Shown here: one piece after another, positions 58,870 through 64,000 of the stretch
Position numbering within the stretch: the stretch's first letter is position 1
Layout of the letters: every line of letters starts with the position of its first letter
Virus record (IMG/VR): IMGVR_UViG_3300034071_001262
Strand: one strand, 5' to 3'
Length of the DNA stretch: 64,000 bases
Origin: a virus
Notes under the pieces: model-generated
What the model was told of the DNA's origin: nothing
Database searches by the model: none
What the model saw: the letters and a program-made list of their open reading frames with translations, nothing else
Translations under genes and position numbers: made by a program

Positions 58870-59589
58870 TTAAGTGATAAACCAGTTATTATTATTAGAA
58901 GTAATATTTATACTTTCATATGCGTGAAATACTGTATATGGATTCTGACCATCTACAGTTTCCATACCAGTGGCCCTAATATATAAGTCATTATTGCCAG
59001 TAATTTTTTTGATAGTAAAACCTTTGCCACCTAATCCAGATGCTGTAGGTATATACACATTTATATTTGATGATGAACAATCAACAAAAATTTTGTTATT
59101 AGATTTAGACACAGTATAGTCAGAATTTATATTAACATAATTATTATTGATTTCTCCAGAACTATAAATGGCAATTCCAGATATATATGATATATCTTGA
59201 GTAACAGACGATGACAAAGCCGAAGTCTGTATAGATCCATCATTGAATCTAATACCAGACGGCCCAATTAATGTTTGATCTTCTTGATTTTTATATACAG
59301 CTTTATCTGCTGGATATGTTAAAAATACTACGCCACTACCACCAAGATTAATTTTTGATCCAGACTGAGTGCTTTGTAGTATATAATCTCTAGATATGCT
59401 ATTGTTTTGATAAGTGCCAATACCAATCTCAAATTTATCATTTTCTTCTATACAATAATAGGTTATATCTCCGCTAGCCAATACATTATCAAACCTTCTA
59501 AATCCATCTGTATTACCGACTAATGATAAAATACCAGAACCAACAGTAGTAGTATTTTCTCTTACTCTATCTGATAATTTTAATGGCAT
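58870..59589 (-). CDS. Virion protein (DRVxETTT-type N-terminus) sharing its C-terminal domain with the downstream gene
   Basis: LSDRVRENTTTVGSG...GF..F...TYYCI.....EIG.GT; C-terminus VDCSS.N..VY.P....G..F.IKK...VDG...NW. Confidence 0.6.
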   Translation of the reverse strand: MPLKLSDRVRENTTTVGSGILSLVGNTDGFRRFDNVLASGDITYYCIEENDKFEIGIGTYQNNSISRDYILQSTQSGSKINLGGSGVVFLTYPADKAVYKNQEDQTLIGPSGIRFNDGSIQTSALSSSVTQDISYISGIAIYSSGEINNNYVNINSDYTVSKSNNKIFVDCSSSNINVYIPTASGLGGKGFTIKKITGNNDLYIRATGMETVDGQNPYTVFHAYESINITSNNNNWFIT

Positions 59590-59591
59590 AG

Positions 59592-59936
59592 TTATCTTCT
59601 CTGTGAAAAATCTATTAACTTATTAATCTGCAATGTAAAATTAATTTGTTTATTTATATTTGATTTACTTAATGTGAAGGATAAAATTTTATTCACATTT
59701 AAATTCTTGTATATTGTAGCATTCATAGCAACTATAAATTCGTGTAGGATATTTCTACTTAATGAGAGCGAGTTTACTAAATTCATACTCAAAGAAAAAT
59801 TCTGTATTCTATTGAAATAAAGTGGAAATGTTAATGTAGCTTTATTTAAAAATAGTTTTACAGAACCAAAAAATGTTCTTGGTTTTTTCCCATCATCAGA
59901 TATTGGCAAGCTTGACATAGAGTTTGCGCTGAACAT
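59592..59936 (-). CDS. Small virion-module protein with ~10-aa periodic repeats
   Basis: Start moved to ATG 59936 (GGAGGA RBS). MFSANSMSSLPIS followed by repeats such as LTFPLYFNRI, QNFSLSMNLV and INFTLQINKL. Confidence 0.55.
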   Translation of the reverse strand: MFSANSMSSLPISDDGKKPRTFFGSVKLFLNKATLTFPLYFNRIQNFSLSMNLVNSLSLSRNILHEFIVAMNATIYKNLNVNKILSFTLSKSNINKQINFTLQINKLIDFSQRR

Positions 59937-59955
59937 GTTGTCCTCCAATATCTCA

Positions 59956-59962
59956 TACACAT
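59956..59962 (-). promoter_or_regulatory. ATGTGTA (TTGTGTA variant), candidate late promoter re-initiating after the capsid terminator
   Basis: Sits between the MCP terminator and the GGAGGA RBS of 59936. Confidence 0.45.
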
Positions 59963-60008
59963 AAATAAGAGAAGGCTACCCCGAATAACGAGGTAGCCTT
60001 ATTCTCTT
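59962..60008 (-). terminator. Intrinsic terminator after the major capsid gene
   Basis: Minus strand AAGAGAAT-AAGGCTACC-tcgttattcgg-GGTAGCCTT-CTCTT-ATTTAT. Confidence 0.8.
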
Positions 60009-60024
60009 TAGATGTTATAAGACA

Positions 60025-61023
60025 TCAGAACGAGCCAGCGAGAACTCGTCTGTTATCTAGCACACCAAAACCAATTTCAGCCCAGCCATAGTAACCCTGA
60101 CGCTGATGACGATGAAGACTTTCATCTTCATAGACTTCAACTTCTTTCTTAACAGGCATTACAAAGCTATCGTTTTGATTCTGATCAAGACCAATCACAA
60201 GTTCAACGTCGCTGGACTCAAGTGAGCCACCGAGATCGCTTGTGAAATATGTTTGATATTCTTGACCATCACCAAACTCAAACACATCGTGTAGATTTAC
60301 ACCGAAGATGCGTGTTATAGCTGGGCCATTGTCGGCGGCTACATAAATTTCTCTACGAGAAACTTCATCTAGCTGATCAACACCCCAGTTACGAATATCT
60401 TCGACAGCTTCTGGAGAGCAGTATAGATCTGTAAGACGGCCGGGAGCAGTAACACTGTTACCACCACCATTCCTTCTCATAACTGTCTTCATTAAGCTGA
60501 CAAGACGCTTTGTAAATTGACCACCAGCTGCATCATTGTCGAACACTAAAATATTACGGTCAACAGCAGCAGCGAGTAGTGTGTGCCAACCGTCATCATT
60601 GATCTTCTTAACAAATGATGCTTCTAGAACCTGCATAGCGCGAGCTACTACGTTCCAGTTAGCTTCACGGGCATACTTTAAAAGAAAGTCGATTGAGCTA
60701 CTAATGCCATAAGTATTTACCATGACATAATCACCTTCGACATGTCTTTCTGGAATTCTACCATTGCCGGGATTGGTATAGGCAACATGATCTGCCTCAG
60801 TACCGGGGGCAAGTAGATCCAATGGGAACTCAGGTGTAGCACCCGGCTCTAGTGGCATAGCTTCGAAAATCGAAGTTACAACATCACCAAATAAAACACC
60901 CTTACGAATTGGTGTTTCAAGGGCTTTGGCGATTTCCCTTTGAGCGGCCATTGCGACTACCTTATCAGAGCTTCCCGAACGCTTTAGCAATTCGATAAAC
61001 TCAGGTGTTGGTCTTGTTTTCAT
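60025..61023 (-). CDS. Major capsid protein (HK97 fold inferred)
   Basis: 332 aa, visibly higher GC than the surroundings, strong AAGGAG RBS, followed by a terminator; canonical order portal-protease-decoration-MCP; C-terminal GYYGWAEIGFGVLDNR. Confidence 0.85.
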   Translation of the reverse strand: MKTRPTPEFIELLKRSGSSDKVVAMAAQREIAKALETPIRKGVLFGDVVTSIFEAMPLEPGATPEFPLDLLAPGTEADHVAYTNPGNGRIPERHVEGDYVMVNTYGISSSIDFLLKYAREANWNVVARAMQVLEASFVKKINDDGWHTLLAAAVDRNILVFDNDAAGGQFTKRLVSLMKTVMRRNGGGNSVTAPGRLTDLYCSPEAVEDIRNWGVDQLDEVSRREIYVAADNGPAITRIFGVNLHDVFEFGDGQEYQTYFTSDLGGSLESSDVELVIGLDQNQNDSFVMPVKKEVEVYEDESLHRHQRQGYYGWAEIGFGVLDNRRVLAGSF

Positions 61024-61048
61024 CTTTTACATCTCCTTTTTAATTAAC

Positions 61049-61537
61049 TCAGGTATTTGTATTTGGAAGGTCGATATAGACTTTAGCATAGCCATCTTCA
61101 TCAGCGGCTGATAGAAAACGACCAACAAGTCTTGTTGAACCGTCTGCATCAGTATTATCTGTCGAAACATTTGTAGTAGCAAGTCTACCACTATGGGCAA
61201 GATAAGCAGGAGCGCCTGCTGTTACTGTACCCAATAGATTGTTTGTAACAACATAACCCTTTTGGAGTAGTGTTACCTTGCCACCCTTTTGTACCTCGTC
61301 CTTATGCTGGTTAAGATGCTGTCTTGTTAGATCAATATCTACCATGTCATTTATAAGAAGACCAACAGGAATTTTACCCGATGGATTAGCTGCGTATGTT
61401 ACTAGAGCAGCACCGTTATCCATAGCGGCACCAGATGCGCCAGTGCTAAGAGAAACAACGCCACCGCGAGTAGCAGATTCGTTCATGAAAAACGAAATAT
61501 CTGTCTGCAAGACACTTCTATCAGTTTTTAGAGCCAT
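61049..61537 (-). CDS. Capsid decoration/cement protein
   Basis: 162 aa directly before the MCP; PVGLL...GKVTLL.KGYV.TN....G.PAYL...G.L.....VGRFLS..D.DG is a beta-tulip-like pattern. Confidence 0.7.
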   Translation of the reverse strand: MALKTDRSVLQTDISFFMNESATRGGVVSLSTGASGAAMDNGAALVTYAANPSGKIPVGLLINDMVDIDLTRQHLNQHKDEVQKGGKVTLLQKGYVVTNNLLGTVTAGAPAYLAHSGRLATTNVSTDNTDADGSTRLVGRFLSAADEDGYAKVYIDLPNTNT

Positions 61538-61565
61538 TATTCATTCTCCTTAGTAAAAGTAATTC

Positions 61566-63041
61566 TCAGTTGTCTTTGGTTTTTGGTGTCGATCTTAAAA
61601 TAGAACCAAGCCACTCGCTTGCAACGGCGCGAAGTGATTCAGATTCATTTTCTTCAGCAGCTTCAGCAATAGAAACTTCTACTGATTCTTCTACTGAATC
61701 TAGATCTTTTTCTGAAGCCTGAGAAGCATCAACTTCTTCGTCTTCTGATTGAGCCATAGTTGTATCCTTCTTATCTTTCTTGACTGACTTTTCTTCAGTC
61801 ATATACTTTGCCTTCTTCTTCATTAAAGCTACAACCTTGGCAAAAGTTTCATCATCTGAATTTTCAAAATCAGAAACTGTCGCTGAAGCTTCTTCTGCAT
61901 CAAGACCAACTTCCTCTAGTTCAGCCTTACGCTTCATCATTGCCTCTTTCTTTTTCATAACAGCCATTTCTTCTTTCATTTCTTTCATCTTTTTTTCCAT
62001 AGCTGTCATTTCTTCTTCTTTTTTCTTCATATCTGTAGAATAATGCTCTTTAGCTTCTGTGAGTATATTAACTTCCTCGACTTTTGAAGCTAAAGAAGAT
62101 TGTAATTCTTTGATTGTTTCTTCGTATTCTGTGGTCTTGCTTGTTGTTAATTCAGCCTTTAGAGCTTCATTAGCAGACTTGACCTCGGCTAATTCCTTTT
62201 GCAAATCAATAATTTGCTGGGTCATATTATCGGGCATTTCATTCTCCTTGATTACGTGTATTTCTAAGGCACAAGCCTTGGATTCATCGAAAAATTGATT
62301 TCCTTCCAATATTATGCTACGAGGATTAGCTGGCTTTGAAACTAAGCCTTTACCAGAGAACGATAAGTTTCTTAAAAGCCTGCCAACTTGGTAGTTTTGA
62401 TATGTTCCAGTTCCTCCATAAGCTTTAAGGTGTTTTGTTAAAAATGCTGAACTTTCATTTCGTGGTATAACGCTTGCTTTTCGATTGCTATCTATAACAG
62501 CATAGTCAAAAGCTGGAAATAAACATTCCATAGATACAAACCATTTGCCTTCTTCTATTTCGGCAACGATTTTATCCATGCGTTCTTTTTGCTCTGCGTC
62601 TGTCCACGATGTATAAATTACAGAAGTTGTAAGAATATTAAACTGACTTGGAACTTGAACATTGTTTTCATTTATTGGATTGCCTTCAAAATCAACTACA
62701 GCATTTCCAGTAATATGACCAATAATATCCTTTTCATTATGCATAAAATTAAATGGCTTGTCTTCTGGTGTATTTCTAGCATTCCACAGTTCTTGTGGAT
62801 CGAATACATCATCATTTTTATTCCAGCCAGTACTTACCAGAATTGATTTTAAATAGAAAAGATCTATTTGATCTTTATTACCGGCTTCTAAGGCTTGTGT
62901 TGAGTTAAGCTTATCTATAGTATCTGTTTTTTGTTGTGCGTTTGGTGTATACTTTTCTGCCAATGAACAATATGCAATTGTATTACTCGATGATAGAGCT
63001 TGCTCTAAACCATCTAATATTTCTTGTTTATATATTTTCAT
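61566..63041 (-). CDS. Prohead protease fused to a coiled-coil scaffold
   Basis: N-terminal N.NDD.F, PFNFMH..IIGH, VSMEC, F.G.G.V..PA (herpes/HK97-like serine protease pattern); C-terminal E/K/M-rich coiled coil with internal Met (MPDNM) preceded by AAGGAG, a possible separately initiated scaffold. Confidence 0.75.
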   Translation of the reverse strand: MKIYKQEILDGLEQALSSSNTIAYCSLAEKYTPNAQQKTDTIDKLNSTQALEAGNKDQIDLFYLKSILVSTGWNKNDDVFDPQELWNARNTPEDKPFNFMHNEKDIIGHITGNAVVDFEGNPINENNVQVPSQFNILTTSVIYTSWTDAEQKERMDKIVAEIEEGKWFVSMECLFPAFDYAVIDSNRKASVIPRNESSAFLTKHLKAYGGTGTYQNYQVGRLLRNLSFSGKGLVSKPANPRSIILEGNQFFDESKACALEIHVIKENEMPDNMTQQIIDLQKELAEVKSANEALKAELTTSKTTEYEETIKELQSSLASKVEEVNILTEAKEHYSTDMKKKEEEMTAMEKKMKEMKEEMAVMKKKEAMMKRKAELEEVGLDAEEASATVSDFENSDDETFAKVVALMKKKAKYMTEEKSVKKDKKDTTMAQSEDEEVDASQASEKDLDSVEESVEVSIAEAAEENESESLRAVASEWLGSILRSTPKTKDN

Positions 63042-63066
63042 TCAGTAAGTACCTCCAAAAAAATAC

Positions 63067-63073
63067 TACACAA
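63067..63073 (-). promoter_or_regulatory. TTGTGTA motif, candidate late promoter for the protease/capsid genes
   Basis: Intergenic between portal and protease, upstream of the GGAGG RBS. Confidence 0.55.
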
Positions 63074-63092
63074 AAAAAACCATTAGTGGAGT

Positions 63093-64000
63093 TTATTCAT
63101 TATTTTTATCATATTCACACAATGCAGAAGCATAAATAAATTTCAATTCATTAGTTGTTGCATGTCTATTATTGTGGGTATTGAATGCCTTAATTTGTAA
63201 ATTAATCTCATTCATACATTGTGTTGGTATATTTTGCTTACTATCAAGTATAGTCTTAATACCATCTTCGGTAACTGATTCAAATATTTGCATATTAGAA
63301 AATACTCGTAGTTTTAAATGATCCAATTGATTAAGTTCGTCTTTATTTAAACTACGTATATTTGGTTTATTAAAATGTTTTAAAGCTACTGGATTTAAAA
63401 TATCAGCAATTTGGTTTTGGGCGTCAATACCCCATAATAATGCTGTAGATGCTTCACCAGTTTTTGGCAAGACACGCTTTTGTTTACGTTTTTGGGTATC
63501 CCTAGTAAATGGTGGTCTACCGGGGGTTTTTACTTCTGTATTTTGCTTTTGTTGTGGAACATTAGGTATTGAATTTTCGGTAACTACAACAGCATCTTTA
63601 ATTGGTAAATCAATTTCTTCAAAATATTCATCAGACAACATATCTTTATTAAGAGCGATTTTTTCAATCTCGTTTTTATGTTGAGGATTATGAAAAGGAC
63701 TAGCTTTTTCTGGAATAATATCTGCTTTTCTATCTCGCTCTTCTCGCCTCACTCTTACTCTTTCTATTGATGGCAGTTCTCTAAATCTCTCTAATAATGT
63801 TTCTTGAGAAATTATGTCTCTATCAGCTAACTGAATAAGTAATTGTTTTTGTGCAGCTTCGTCAGATAGAACTATTGAATCAAAATGAATTTCTGCTGGA
63901 AATCTAAAATTCATAGCCTTACGAACTATTTCAATTTCTTTACGCCAAAATTGCGCAAGTATTTCTCTACCATATTCTAGTCTTTCAATCAATGTTTTTA
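63093..64000 (-). CDS. Portal protein, C-terminal part (starts beyond the window)
   Basis: Frame is open to the window edge; F....L.DE.....L..L.DR.IIS.ET..E pattern of portal C-termini; directly upstream of the protease. Confidence 0.7.
   Translation of the reverse strand, partial: KTLIERLEYGREILAQFWRKEIEIVRKAMNFRFPAEIHFDSIVLSDEAAQKQLLIQLADRDIISQETLLERFRELPSIERVRVRREERDRKADIIPEKASPFHNPQHKNEIEKIALNKDMLSDEYFEEIDLPIKDAVVVTENSIPNVPQQKQNTEVKTPGRPPFTRDTQKRKQKRVLPKTGEASTALLWGIDAQNQIADILNPVALKHFNKPNIRSLNKDELNQLDHLKLRVFSNMQIFESVTEDGIKTILDSKQNIPTQCMNEINLQIKAFNTHNNRHATTNELKFIYASALCEYDKNNE

Noticed and set aside
3397-63139. Numerous short ORFs in the six-frame track nested within or antisense to long genes (e.g. 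16423-16977, 39643-40197, 40687-41088, 61278-61553)
   Set aside because: They overlap well-supported genes, lack RBSs and recognisable motifs, and are the expected shadow ORFs of biased codon usage.
1-64000. Stop-codon reassignment, as seen in some large phages
   Set aside because: Genes are full length and densely packed under the standard code, and TAA, TAG and TGA all terminate genes at sensible boundaries.
1-64000. tRNA, rRNA, introns, inteins, integrase or tail sheath
   Set aside because: Intergenic gaps are under ~100 nt with no cloverleaf seen, no intein splice motifs were recognised in the ORFs, and no integrase- or sheath-like ORF was seen. These are by-eye negatives only.

Overview
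AT-rich segment of a large tailed dsDNA bacteriophage (Caudoviricetes, standard genetic code). No sheath gene is visible, so the tail is probably long and non-contractile. Two gene blocks converge on a bidirectional terminator at ~17.42 kb. (1) The + strand (1-17.4 kb) is a tightly coupled glycan-synthesis island: about 10 recognisable and up to 4 further degenerate glycosyltransferase-like genes (GT4 x3, GT2, CgeB-like, GT47-like x2, GT10, GT25), a LicC/NTP-transferase-like gene, an Fcl/ColC-type reductase and a ColD-type His-for-Lys PLP dehydratase (a possible GDP-colitose route). A Vsr/DUF559-type endonuclease, a Rad52/RecT-like annealase and a Zn-ribbon protein follow. (2) The - strand (64.0-17.5 kb) is a morphogenesis region, in order: portal (partial), protease-scaffold, decoration protein, major capsid protein, fibre genes, neck genes, tail tube, putative chaperones, a 2619-aa tape measure protein, a 3187-aa giant virion protein, two paralogous hub proteins and tail-tip proteins, one of which has ten ~70-aa repeats. 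The best candidates for new biology are (a) a tape measure protein carrying an internal cassette of enzyme-like domains (PD-(D/E)xK-like and HAD-like) bracketed by repeated (F/Y)AxGG motifs, (b) a phage glycosylation system with a possible Ser-Gly acceptor motif in virion proteins, and (c) a recurrent TTGTGTA intergenic motif that behaves like a late promoter. All functional calls come from reading motifs by eye and from gene order; no database searches were run.
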